63,967 nucleotides of DNA, filler included, from Ionaspis alba (GCA_964255285.1; 15 parts of 15 records of this genome joined end to end with filler, not necessarily neighbours in it), one strand, 5' to 3'. Positions 39,761 to 52,672 are shown, counted from the whole stretch's first letter. Numbers and translations are program-made. The notes: generated by a model from the sequence alone, not told the origin.

Positions 39761-41371
39761 TTATTCGTCCGGGTTTCTAACCTGTAGGAGCAAGAGTTTA
39801 GTCTTTGAACCATGCCGTAGTGATAAAGGGCTTAGGACTTACATGCAAAACGCGCCGTGTATAGTCGTAATCATCACGAAAGCTATTCAAGCTTGCATGG
39901 CTGCCGTTATCCATAGCAGACGGGTACCAAGCACCAGGATCCAAACGCTGATCTACAACTCGCAGTGGATAGCTCGTACGGCGTGACATAGGTGTGATGG
40001 TCTCTCCTGCACTTTTCTCGTTTCCACTTCCTCCAGCTAGGCCTTGTGTGGAGAGTCGAGGTAAACCTCCCCAGTCTCCACTGCGACGCCTCACAGCGAA
40101 TGGAAGTTGACTGAGTCTGCTTGCACGACGACTGGATCGAGTGTTTGCAGATTCGGAATCGTTGGGTTGGTTGCGAGTTCGACGGCGGTAGAAGAACCAT
40201 AAGGCGAATGCCACAGCAAGAATGACGACCAGGACGATGGCGGTACTGACGCCTGCTGCTTTTCCGGCGTCGCTGAAAAAGTTCTTGGATTCGGGAAGAA
40301 TGGTTTGTGCAGTTGCTATCGCTGGTGGAGGCGCGGTGGGTGTGATCGTCACGGTCTGAACATTTCCTGTAATGGTAATGACAGACGCGTAAGGACTCGG
40401 TGTCCAAGTTGTAGTGACAGGAGTGGTAGTCGATGGCCGGGGAGGAGTAGTGCTAGTACTGCTAGTGACAACGACTGGAGCAGGAGCACTGGTAGAAGGT
40501 GGAGCCGAAGTTATGGGTTGGACGGAGGAAGTAGACACAGAAGTAGGAGTCTAGAGCAGAGCGTCAGCCAAGAAGAGCCTTGGTACTACTGCAAGGTAAC
40601 GACAAAGATCAACTTCATGCCAGCGCCAGACGTACTAAGGAAATGATGGAAGTTTGCACAGAAGGCGAGGCCGTGGCCGTTACGGTTTGCAAAACAGTCA
40701 CAGGGCTCAGACTCGTCGTCGATGCCTGTATTGAAGAAGTTAGGAGAGCTGATGTCGAAGAAGTAGAAGTCGTTGACAACGGCGATGAACTGCTTGTAGA
40801 GCTTGGCAGTTGCGCTGAAGGAGAGAAAGACACGAAGATCGTGCTGAATTGCATCGACGTAGTCAAGGAAATCGTGGTGGGAGAAAATCCTATGGAACTA
40901 TGGCTACTAACCGTTTGCACATCGCTAGTAGTTGTCGGTGCGGCGCTGCTAGATGCTCCAAGGGTTCCAAGCGGGTCTTTGTCGAGAGCCAAGTAGCCGA
41001 AGAGACCTGATGAAGGCGAGCCACACTTCTCGGAAGGAAAGCCGGGACAGTCTAGGTTGCAGTCCGAGGTAGATGTAGTCATTCCAGGCGCGTAATTCGA
41101 ACACCAGCAGTTGCTACCTTGAACGATGGCGAAGGCGTATTGGCTTTTACAAGTGTCATGACAGAGTCCATTGGATTGATACTGGTCGTACACTAAGCTT
41201 GAGTCAGCGATAACAGATGTAACGTGGTGATGTAGTAACCAGCGTACCAGCAGAGCTATCAGACCCGGTATTCAGACTCGAGCAGTACTTGATATCGAGT
41301 GCATTGCTTGTGGAGATCCACAGAAGCAGGCCGAGGATGAGGACGTGGACGAGATTCAGTCGGGAGTTCAT
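39761..41371 (-). CDS. WSC1: WSC-domain cell wall integrity sensor (Wsc1/Slg1-like)
   Basis: Signal peptide, WSC domain YQSNGLCHDTC..FAIVQGSNCWCSN..CPGFPSEKCG, Ser/Thr stalk, one TM helix, and a tail with DQRLDP and DYTRRVLHVRNPDE. Confidence 0.9.
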
Positions 41372-43349
41372 ATTGAGGTGTAGCAGCGTGTATAGTAGAT
41401 TTCAGATTTGTCTGTGACGTATGCTCTTGTGGCTCTTCGATGCAATTCGTGTGCTGTTGCAGCTATCGAGCTTTGGTAGCGAGTGTTGGTGAAGAGTCAG
41501 GTTGTTGATAGTGAAGGTCGATTTTGTGGGCACTAGCTGGCGCCAAGAGGACCTTGTTGTCGCGGACGCAAGAGTTTCCAATCTCTTTTTACGCGTATTG
41601 TGCCATTGATGGTATTCCTCAATGGCCTCTCCCACCACAACCTCCTCTCCTTTGGAACGGTCCGAGGACCACAGAAGCCCGTCAATGGGCCAAAGATAAC
41701 AGAGACATCCGAGACTCCAGCTGTAGCTGTGTAGGCTCAGCTACCGCAGGATAAGAACAAATTGAGATAAAATAGATCGAAGGAGAAGGAGAAAGTGGCA
41801 AGGAGAAAGAAAAGAAAAAAACAATCCTGAAGAGGAAGAGTAGTAGAGGTTGAATACGCAATCTCGAAGATGAGATCCGTTCCTTCCTAGCCTCTACGCT
41901 ACGGCTGCTGGAGCTATATTATTCCGGCGCCAAGCTGTTTCTTGGTGGTTGCATTCGTCGGATTTTGGCATGTGCGACGAGGCAGCAATGCGGGCTTTTA
42001 TCTCCCTGCTCATATCTATATTCCAGAGCAATTGCCAGTGTCTATCTCTGTCCCAATGCCAGACCGGCTGGCCATCGATGAACAGTCGTCGACGGAAAGA
42101 ACTGAGTGATGGACATACTCATGACGAAAGTGTCTAGGGATAGATACTACCAATATTGGAGTGTTGAACACGACCCACCTTAGACGGAAACGGTATAGCC
42201 GCATACACCAATCGCTTCCTTAAATCCTTCCATCTCCAAGACGGTCGAGTTTGGCCGTCCACTCGGACCAATGGGTGGTTCTCTCAATGCTTCACACTGG
42301 AGAGCATCTTACAGAACCAGACAAACAACCCATGATCATTCACACAAGCACTTGTATGAGTGGCTGTGCGACAAGATCATCCATAGAAGAGCCTATGGGC
42401 TATTGTTCTCCATAACGTCTGTCACACATGTGGTCGCTACTCGAGTTTCCAGTAATAAAAAGCAACTCCCATCCCCTGAAGCCGATCGCCATCGTGTTTG
42501 TTCGAAAAGGGAAATTGAAATGACATGATTTGCCAATCCTCCATCAGCAAAGCCGCTGCCAAGCACAATGCTTGTTTGTTGATTATCATTTCCCTTTCTC
42601 AACTGTCTTTTGTTGTGTGCTCTTTTGTATTGCTATTCTTGTGGGATGAGCATGATATGGAGACCAGTGTGACATCAGGCGCCAATTCAATGCCAAAAGG
42701 TGGGCGAAGCCGTCGGTCATGAAACAGTATCACCCGAACGACACGAAATTCGACGGTTGTATGGACATTGAAGGCCTGCTTGCGAGACGCTACACGCCTG
42801 ATCTCATGTGACAACCATCTGCACATGTGAGACGACAATGACTTGTGCTTGTGACTGTCCCTATATTATGCGCCTGCTTTCCACTCCTTCGGGTGCACGA
42901 AATCCCATTCCGCTAGTTTCGCAACTTCAGCACACATTCCAATCATCTTGGAATTACCCGACCAAAGAGTCATGGGACAAGAATGGCATAGCTTTCGGAT
43001 AGCTTCCTCCTATTGCTAAGGAGACGGGATCAAGAATGTACAGGCTTGTCTACTTCCATACTATAGCAATAAACCAAATTCAGTGCAATTGTGCGTCTTC
43101 AGCTACCTGCTTTCACGTGTCCCCATATCATGCGGGTCCATGAACGCTTGACTCAAACTTTCGCCCCTAAACCAAAGAGCCGACTCATAGACCCGCGTAA
43201 TCCGTACAAACGAGGATGGGAGCTTTTAGGTGCCCTAACCTCAAATTGATATGCCAGGACCGTGCCAACCTTAAGGTTACCATGGCTTTTATCCATTCAA
43301 TAGATGAGCAAAGGTGTTGCAAGACCTTCTTTGCGAGAAACGAGTTGCC

Positions 43350-43849
43350 ATGACTCTCAATGAACAGCTGTCTACGCTGTCGAATCCACTTATTAGCGTA
43401 GACCAACTGACCAATTCACGTTCCCAGCTCGGTGGCATTCCCCACGACCTTGAAAGCTCAATCCGCTACAGAGGTGCTCTACTGACTCAAGCTGCCGGTA
43501 TACTCCTTCGACTTCCCCAAGAAATCATTGCCCAAGCGATCGTGACCTTCACGCGGTTTTATGTCGGATCTGAAGGCGGCAGCTTCAGGTCCCATTCAGC
43601 CAAAGTAAGTAACACTGCAATCCCATCTGCTACACCCCCACTGACAAATTGTGCACCACAGGATGTCTCCGCCGCCTCCCTCTACTTGACGGCCAAGATT
43701 TCCTTCCTCCCGCAATCCCCCCGCTCCGTCCTCAACGTCTACGCCTACCTCCTATCCCCAAGCTCACCATTCACGAACCCCCATCCTGACGCTGAAACCG
43801 CAAAACCCGACCCCACAAGCTACTACCTCTCCGAAGGCACCTACACCTC
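43350..43849 (+). CDS. Cyclin L-like transcriptional cyclin (3' truncated)
   Basis: LSNPL..SQLGGIP..LTQAAGILLRLPQEIIAQAIVTFTRFY, intron 43605-43661, then DVSAASLYLTAK. Confidence 0.85.
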
Positions 43850-43949
43850 NNNNNNNNNNNNNNNNNNNNNNNNNNNNNNNNNNNNNNNNNNNNTTAATTA
43901 ATTAANNNNNNNNNNNNNNNNNNNNNNNNNNNNNNNNNNNNNNNNNNNN

Positions 43950-45580
43950 GGCTGGGGAATCCCTAGCTCAACCTCACCCAAAGATGGTGATGCCATCGCC
44001 GCCGCAGACACGCCCGTCATGGACTCTTTCGCTGCCAATAACTCTAAGACTGCTGGAGGCTACACAGAGCTCGAGGCTTCTTCACTAGCAGTCGGCCTTC
44101 CCGAGGGCCTGATGGGCAACAGTGAAGTTGGGCATCTGAACATCGGAGCGGGTAGAGTCGTCTGGCAGGACGTGGTTCGAATAGACCAGACACTGAAGAA
44201 GGGCGAGCTCAACAAGGTCAAGACTATCACCGATTCCTTCCAGCGAGCGAAAGACGGAAATGGCAGACTGCACTTCCTTGGCTTGATCTCGGATGGCGGT
44301 GTCCACTCGCATATCAACCATCTTTATGGGCTTCTGCGAGTCGCCAAGGAAATTGGTGTCCCCGAAGTCTATGTGCACTTCTTTGGTGACGGCAGAGACA
44401 CGGATCCCAAGTCCGGCGCTGGATACATGAGGGATCTGCTGGCTGAGATGGACAAGATGGGAATTGGCAAAATCGCCACCGTGGTAGGTCGTTACTACAT
44501 CATGGATCGCGACAAGAGGTGGGATCGTGTGGAAATTGGCATGAAGGGAGTCGTGTTAGGTGAAGGAGAGGAAAGCACGGATCCGGTGGCGACCATTGAA
44601 GATCGATATTCCAAAGGAGAGAACGATGAGTTTCTCAAGCCAATAATCGTGAATGGGAAGGCCGGTCGTGTCCAAGGTTTGTGACAGATTCCCTCTCTTT
44701 CTTGCTCAAGGTCAAATTCTGACAGATCGTCAGACAACGATACCCTTTTTTTCTTCAATTATCGATCGGATCGAGTCCGCGAAGTCACACAATTGCTTGG
44801 TGATATTGACCGCTCCCCAAAACCCGACTTCCCATATCCCAAGAATATCTCAATAACCACTATGACCCAATACAAGACCGATTATCCTTTCAACATCGCT
44901 TTCGTACCGCAGCACATGGGTAACGTCCTTGCCGAGTGGCTAGCCAAGCAAAATGTCAAGCAGTGCCATGTGGCGGAAACCGAAAAGTACGCTCATGTAA
45001 CATTCTTCTTCAACGGAGGCGTCGAGAAACAATTCCCTGGAGAAGACAGGGATATGGTCCCCTCTCCGAAAGTCGCAACTTACGATCTAGATCCAAAGAT
45101 GAGTGCCGGTGGGGTTGCAGATCAACTTTGTTCCAGGATTGGCGAGGGCAAGTACGAGTTCTTGATGAATAACTTTGCACCCCCGGACATGGTTGGCCAC
45201 ACCGGTGTGTACAAAGCAGCAATCGAAGGCGTAGCGGCCACCGACAAGGCGATCGGACAAGTGTACGAAAAGTGCAAGAAAGAGGGCTATGTGCTCTTCG
45301 TCACGGCAGATCATGGGTAAGCCCGAATATCGTTCTCAATCCTTTTCTGTGGCTCTGATATATCTTTAGAAACGCCGAGGAGATGCTGAATGAAGAGGGA
45401 AAGCCAAAGACCTCCCATACAACAAACAAGGTTCCCTTCGTCATGGCCAATGCACCAGAAGGTTGGAGTTTGAAGAAACAAGATGGAGTTCTTGGCGACG
45501 TGGCACCGACCGTCTTAGAGGTTATGGGCCTCGAGCAGCCTAAAGAGATGACCGGTACTAGTCTGCTCGTGAAGAAGTGA
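43950..45580 (+). CDS. gpmI: 2,3-bisphosphoglycerate-independent phosphoglycerate mutase (5' truncated)
   Basis: GLPEGLMGNSEVGHLNIGAGR, SDGGVHSH, DGRDT, AETEKYAHVTFFFNGG, DMVGHTG and TADHGNAE. Two introns. Confidence 0.96.
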
Positions 45581-45734
45581 GACTTTNNNNNNNNNNNNNN
45601 NNNNNNNNNNNNNNNNNNNNNNNNNNNNNNNNNNNNNNNNNNNNNNNNNNNNNNNNNNNNNNNNNNNNNNNNNNNNNNNNNNNNNNCTATTCAGCCATAC
45701 TGCCTTTCATCTACCCCAAGAAAAGCATGCATAC

Positions 45735-46226
45735 CTCCATCTTCTTCTTCTCACTACTTTCCTGAATGTCGGAAATTTGCTTCTCTATCCTCTTTCTACG
45801 AAGTACGTTAGATAACGAGATATCCAGCCGCGATGGACCTACAGCCGTAGTAACACTCACATTTCTTTCTCGATGAATTCCAGGCGTCCATCTACGGCCA
45901 GGACGGCCTCACTTCGATCTTGCTTCAAGAGGACTGGACCTACGAGTTTGTAGATATTCGCATCGTCGGCTAAATTAGCAAATTCCTGGAAGCGTCCATG
46001 TTAGCAGACTGTTTTGCAAAGAGCCAATAAAGGATTGGAAGTACTCGTTGTACGCCTAGATTTTCCTGTTGCTGGGACTCGAGCTTCTGGCGTGCTTCGA
46101 TAATGGCCTGGAGTTCTGAAGAACGAAGTCAGCTCCGCTAATTGGCCAGTAAAGACGACGATTACCTGTCTGAAGTTTCTGGAATTCGTCCGAGAGACTT
46201 TGGAGCTTCTTTTGATCTTCTGCCAT
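45735..46226 (-). CDS. YKE2: Prefoldin subunit 6 (3' end lost in the gap)
   Basis: Four spliced exons give MAEDQKKLQSLSDEFQKLQTELQAIIEARQKLESQQQENLGVQREFANLADDANIYKLVGPVLLKQDRSEAVLAVDGRLEFIEKEIKRIEKQISDIQ. Absent from the ORF track. Confidence 0.92.
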
Positions 46227-46722
46227 AGTTCGAGAATGTTTATCGAATGATTATTGTTAATGAGATATATAGATTGAATGTCTTTTGCGTCTGCCGAGGG
46301 CTTGAACCAAAGGTGCAGGGATCTAGATTTCGCAACGCTGAGCGCCAAGACTTGTCCAAGGAAGGCAACTTGCGGCGAGCCAAGCAGGATGGCGATAATT
46401 GTTCGAGTGTATCGACACAGCTAGATCTTCGAAATTATTGGCCACTTAGGACTCTTAGAGAGTATCCCTTTGCAGCACGTTCTTATCTAGACTGAAAATC
46501 CTATTCCAGTGATCAAATACACCTACACACAATTCTCGCTGTCCCTAAGCTTCACTGTTTACCCCACTACCAAAACGGCAGTACGGTAAACAAGAGACGC
46601 ATACACCTGCTTGGCAACTGGGATTCCCCAGGCTTCCTTGACAGCTCCACAGACCTCTCGATAGCAATCTTTTTCATCCAAACCAAGTCCTAAAGCAATT
46701 CTCGCCTGGTTGAAAGCTCAAG

Positions 46723-48201
46723 ATGAGTAACACGGATTTCCTGGGGCGGGCGATCGACGTTGTGAAGAAGGCCATCGAGAATGATACTGCTGGCGAATAT
46801 GAAAAAGCGTATCAGCTATACTACCAGGCCTTAGAGTTGTTCATGCTGGCTCTAAAATGGGAGAAAAATGCCAAATCGAAGGAGATGATTCGAGCAAAGG
46901 CTGGTGAGTACATGGAAAGGGCGGAGAAGCTGAAGAACCATCTGGCGGAAGGCGACAAGAGCAACAGGAAAAAGCCTGCTGCCATTGGCTCAAACGGCAA
47001 GGTCTCTGGTAGTGGAGCCAAAGGGAAGTGCGTGTCTCCTGATTCGTGATATTGCTGAGGCTTGGAGAGTCGATAGCTGATTATGGCTTCAATAGGGACG
47101 ATGACGACGATGAACAGGATCCCGATGCAAAGAAGCTACGAGGCGCCCTTGCTGGAGCTATTCTGACAGACAAGCCAAATATTAAATGGGAGGATGTTGC
47201 AGGGTTGGAAGGTGCCAAAGAAGCTCTCAAAGAGGCCGTCATATTACCCATCAAATTTCCGCATCTTTTTGTGGGGAAGCGGCAGCCCTGGAAAGGAATA
47301 TTACTCTACGGTCCTCCGGGTACTGGTAAATCCTACTTGGCTAAAGCCGTTGCAACCGAGGCGAACAGCACATTTTTCAGTGTGAGCAGTAGTGACTTGG
47401 TCTCCAAATGGATGGGTGAGAGCGAAAGGTATCTATCACCTTTGCGACCTATCTGGAAGTTCGCTCATTGTGCACAATAGGCTGGTCAAGCAACTATTCG
47501 CTATGGCCCGAGAAAACAAACCGTCGATCATCTTCATCGACGAAGTAGACGCTCTTTGTGGTCCAAGAGGAGAGGGAGAGTCGGAAGCTTCACGAAGAAT
47601 CAAGACCGAGCTACTGGTACAAATGGATGGTGTGGGAAAGGACTCGAAAGGTGTACTCATACTAGGAGCCACAAATATTCCATGGCAACTGGACGGCGCC
47701 ATCCGGAGACGTTTCCAACGGAGAGTGCACATCAGTCTCCCGGATTTGCCTGGCCGGATGAAGATGTTCGAGATGTCAGTGGGGACTACGCCTTGCGACT
47801 TGAAGCCTAGTGACTTCAAGACTTTGGGGCAGATAAGCGAGGGATACTCTGGTAGCGACATCAGCATTGCGGTTCAAGATGCTCTGATGCAGCCTGTCCG
47901 TAAGATACAAACCGCCACGCATTACAAAAAGGTACACTGAAAACATATGCTTCCATGACACAGCTAATATTGTCTACAGGTGATGGTGGATGGAGAAGAG
48001 AAATTGACACCATGTTCGCCTGGAGATACTGGAGCGATAGAGATGACATGGACAGAGGTAGACTCGGACAAACTGCTGGAGCCGCCTTTGCTTTTGAAGG
48101 ACTTCGTCAAGGCGGTCAAGAGTGCTCGGCCAACAGTTAGTCAAGAGGATATCAAGAAAAGCGCAGAGTGGACGGCGGAGTTCGGAAGTGAGGGAGCATA
48201 A
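46723..48201 (+). CDS. VPS4: AAA ATPase Vps4 (ESCRT)
   Basis: MIT domain ([11 protein letters not shown]..), [24 protein letters not shown] and a C-terminal EFGSEG. Three introns. Confidence 0.97.
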
Positions 48202-49043
48202 GTGGGAATCGTTNNNNNNNNNNNNNNNNNNNNNNNNNNNNNNNNNNNNNNNNNNNNTTAATTAATTAANNNNNNNNNNNNNNNNNNNNNNNNNNNNNNN
48301 NNNNNNNNNNNNNCAGAGGGTTGAGAATGACGAGGTTGGAAGTGGTGGGTGGCTTGTCTCACCCTATGCAGCCACGCCGCACGATGACACTAGGACAAAC
48401 CACCCACTGCCTCTGATATCCTAGGCGACGACTCCATAAATCAACCACACATGTCATCCAGCTGCACGACATCTCCAGCGTCCACTGCTTCGATTGGCTC
48501 GAAAGCCAAGAGTGAGCAACAACAAACAGTAGTATCGAGCGCAGAACACCTATCATGAACATCTTACTAGTAGAAAAATGGGTACCTCATCGGGCAGTTT
48601 CGATACAGTACCGATACCAGCTCCGCAGCACAGGATCGTCGGCGTCATGCACGTTATAGCCGCAGCCAGTTCGTCTGATTGCACGGAAGATTTGTGCGAC
48701 TCGAATGCCTTGAAGCAGATCCAGCGAATGCATCATGGGTGGATCCCACAGCTTGCATGCATGTGTAAACTTACAATATGCAAAGCATGATTCGAGGTTG
48801 GGGTAACACCACCAGTCAGAAGACTTCGAAGCCCATCCAGTTTCTTTGATGGCCGGCTGGGTCGGAGCAGAGCTGGTGGCTACTGCTTATGATCCTTCGC
48901 GACCGTATCTATTCCGTGGAAGAGGTGTTTTGGTCTTTAGCCGTATCCATTGTGTTGTTATCGAGGCTTTCATCTTATTGTTCAGTCTCTACATTCGTGA
49001 TTAAAGTGTCTATACTATCGTGTTCTACTACTATATCACCCTC

Positions 49044-50198
49044 ATGATGTCCTACCGCCCTATCGTCACACACTGCGAGGACGATGTTGAGCACCAAGTC
49101 CCTTCTTCCAAAGAGTCTTACCATTCCATTGAGCGTCACCCGAGTTTCTACTCGTCTACCATTTTCACCATTGTCCTCGTTGTTGTCTGCAGTAGTCTGA
49201 GCTTCCTGCTAGGGAAGAACTTGGGCGGCAATGTACCAACTTCTCGACCATTTCCTCTATGTATACGCTTCACCTTCCCAATACCAAGCAGATGTGTTTG
49301 CTGACTCCGCTTCCTGAAGCTCCCCTGAACGGAGATGTCGATCAGACTCTTCGATTGACGCAGTGGAATCTTTCCAATGCCCATCCTTCAATATATCGCC
49401 AAGATCCCAATCCGCGAGTGGATGCTGCTTGGGACAAGCTCGAAAGATGTAAACTCACCCATTTCGTGTTCCACTCTACCATTTCTCTTCCCTTTCATAT
49501 CAGTGCAACAGTCTTTTCCACCATCTCACTATTACGATCTCTCTGTACGGAAATGATACTAACCACCCCTAGTCAACATCATCCGGGCCAGCGCCTCCGA
49601 TCTCTCTCGTGCCGGTTCCAATTCCCACGCAATTCCACTACCCGACCCTGATGATGACGGCTACATGGCCACGTTAGAGGTCGTTCATCACATGCACTGC
49701 CTGAATCTGCTTCGAAAGTCTACCTTTGTGGACCATGGCTACTACAACCACGACACCGTCTTCCACGACCCAAAGTTCGATATCAAAACGAGAATCCGTG
49801 AGTTCCTCTGTCCCCGTTCCCACCCTCCCGTTACCCTTTCCCCCTACCTCATGTCTCTCCATCTACACCCAACCTATCCACCCCACTTACCCTCCACTGC
49901 AGGCACCTGCATCGACATCCTCCGCCAACACCTCGCCTGCACCGCCGACACAGGTCTCATGGCCTACTACTGGATCGAAGGCTACACCCGACCCTATCCG
50001 AACATGAACACCTGGCACATGTGTCGCGACCACGAGGCGCTCATGCAGTGGACGGATGAGAACAAGGTCGAGGCGCCCGGGAATTGGAGTGGCATGTGGG
50101 AGGAGATGGGTGATGGGTATGAGGGCGATCAAGAGAGGTTTAAGGTGTTTTGGAATCCGTTGGAGGGGGATGAGCATCCGAAGCCAGAGGGTTTGTGA
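49044..50198 (+). CDS. DUF3328/UstYa-family oxidase-like protein, atypical
   Basis: N-terminal TM anchor, YRQDPNPRVDAAW, LEVVHHMHCLNLLRK, CIDILRQHLACTADT and HMCRD. Introns 49261-49319, 49449-49572 and 49798-49902. Confidence 0.9.
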
Positions 50199-50543
50199 TG
50201 TAGGGAATTGGGTTGGGGATGTTTGGATGGTTGAGTGGTGGCGCTGGGCGTTTGGAATGGTATACGCATATATCAATGTTGGTAAACAAGACTTTGCGGT
50301 GATGGAGATTTTTGCGAGGAAATTTATCTTTGATCGTTTACTTCCATATAGTTTGATTGCTAGCATTCATCGTGCATGACCGTGGTGGCTTGAATTGAGG
50401 GAACCTTGGCTAAGACCGACGGGACCCCAGTGTGAAGCCGCCTNNNNNNNNNNNNNNNNNNNNNNNNNNNNNNNNNNNNNNNNNNNNNNNNNNNNNNNNN
50501 NNNNNNNNNNNNNNNNNNNNNNNNNNNNNNNNNNNNNNNNNNN

Positions 50544-51151
50544 TCTCCCATATACTTCTTCCACTTCTCAAGCGTATACATCCACTCGCCATCCACCTTC
50601 CATTCTGACTCATCCATGCCCTCGTTCAGCTCCCCTGTGCCCTCCTCCGGCGCATTGAGGATCTCTACCGGGAGATAGAAATCCGAACGTGCAGTCCCAT
50701 TATCTGTTGAAAGGCTGACAAGCTGACACGTCTCCTCTGTCACGCTTCGCTCATCGAGGACGATGAAAGTGCTCTTAGCGTTGTGGCTAATTCCGTCGGG
50801 ATCGTGGTCTTGGACCTTTTCCTTGAAGAAGGCTTTCAGATCTTCAAGCTTCCAGCCGAGAAATGGGGAGGTGAATGCGGACATCGGAGACGTGGAGGCG
50901 GTTTTTGCATCGTGAGGGATGGTTGTCGAACCCAAGATGAGCACGCCAGTGGAGTCTCCGAGGTAGTCGATTGGCTTGTGACGCTCGAGGAGGCGGTCGA
51001 GGAATTTGTTGAGTGTCTACGTGGTGGTCAGAAGTTTAGATGAGGTTAGTGGGAAGGCGCTTGGACTCACCTCGGCCGGGATGCTGGCCGTGCAGAACAC
51101 GTACATCAAACTGCCATCATCGTTCTCGCCATCAGAACTGCTGCTAGACAT
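50544..51151 (-). CDS. Hypothetical fungal protein (possibly DUF6924-like), runs into a gap
   Basis: MSSSSSDGENDDGSLMYVFCTASIPAE, intron 51017-51070, then TLNKFL..SPFLGWKLEDL..FIVLDERSVTEETC..RSDF. Confidence 0.65.
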
Positions 51152-52279
51152 CTTATTGATTTGGTTGCTGTTTTAGTATGTGGAGTGAGCTGCTTCGATA
51201 TTGTTGATGGAATGTATGAAAGTCAAGATTTATAGAGTAAGAGATGAGCGTGGCTCGCCGACTTCCTCGCTTTGTACAGAACAGGGTGAACAGCAGACCC
51301 TATACCCCCCATACTTCCCTGCGAAACTGGTTTCAATTATGACGGTTCCTCCGGCAGTTGTCCAAACTGTGCATGATCCTAATGCAACTTGCCCGCCACT
51401 ATTGTTGGTGCTCTGCCTCAGCTCACCATCCTTCTCCTCTGTTAGGTCTTGCATACCATTCTCCATGCTGTGCAGAACAACGATGTTGGGCAGTGCTGAT
51501 TTCGTTTCGTTCATTGGTTTAAATTTTTCCCGTGCCATTGAGTCTTGGGATCTTGGTCAACATGGCTGTCTGAAGTGTCCATGTTGGCAACTAATTACCA
51601 TTACCGAGGCTAGGGCTGGCTTGTATCCGTGCACACACGTCGAGTTGTCATAACTTTAAAAACTGATTTCCTGTTGAGTCCGCACCTCCACGGGGACGGG
51701 ACTGATAGAGTGTCCAATGAGCACCACGCCCTCAATATTGCTCAAAGTTGTTTGTGCAATATGGCATGTTCGCTAGCACAGGCACACACCATCTGGACAC
51801 AGCAGTATTTACCAGTGCTCAGGCTGATCTGTAATTGAGAGAACTACGTTGCTAACGCCTGACAGGCTCAGACACACTTCATCCTTCGCGATGAAAATGC
51901 TTCCAGAGTTGGCAGCCTCTGGTGCACCCTCCTAACATTTTCAATTTGTACATGTTGTTATGCTATGGAGGGCAGCTCTATGCAGGTCTGCTATTTGTCG
52001 AAAGCTTGTAAAGGGTGATACCAGGTTTCCTCTTAAGGATCTCAACTCGTCCTGCCAACCATTCCTTCTGGATGCGGCCACTTGTTGTGCAATTGAGCTA
52101 AGATGAGTTGAGTTGAGTATATAGAATATAAGTAGTGCTGCATATTGTTATAATAGTCTCCCATTCATATTGCATCTTGGTGTGTCAATTCAAAGCAACC
52201 TTTCTGTGGTTCAGTTTCTTCTTCTACTCAAGTTCGGTATTGCAGGCAATACTGCTATTTCCTCTTCCATATTCTCACG

Positions 52280-52572
52280 ATGAAGGTTCAATCGTCCTTC
52301 TTTGCCATTCCCCTTTTCCTAGCCGGTCTCAGCGTTGCTGCCGTGACACCTGTTGTGAATGGAACGAGCGATGTCGCCCTGAGCTTGCACGACAAGCCCT
52401 CGTTCTGGTCCAAACTCTTCGCCCGCTTCCCCTTCCCGGCGCCTGATAAGGAGAGACCCGAGCCTCCGCTGGGTGAATCAGGATACTGGGTGGATAAGGA
52501 CAAGGTTGTTTGGATCTATTATGCTGAGGATAAGCTGGCCGATCATGCAGAGCATGTTCGACTCCATTTCGA
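52280..52572 (+). CDS. Secreted hypothetical protein or peptide precursor (3' truncated)
   Basis: Signal peptide MKVQSSFFAIPLFLAGLSVAA. The frame stays open to the contig end, with an aromatic-rich segment GYWVDKDKVVWIYY. Confidence 0.6.
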
Positions 52573-52672
52573 NNNNNNNNNNNNNNNNNNNNNNNNNNNN
52601 NNNNNNNNNNNNNNNNTTAATTAATTAANNNNNNNNNNNNNNNNNNNNNNNNNNNNNNNNNNNNNNNNNNNN

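Noticed and set aside
41400..43300. Short ORFs between WSC1 and the cyclin gene
   Set aside because: No motifs or coherent gene model. Likely a divergent promoter and UTR region.
43950..45580. iPGM as a bacterial horizontal transfer
   Set aside because: It has spliceosomal introns, and cofactor-independent PGM is normal in filamentous ascomycetes.
12406..48201. VPS26 and VPS4 (or ABC transporter, DUF3328, GST and NRPS-like genes) as a functional cluster
   Set aside because: They are on different contigs joined artificially.
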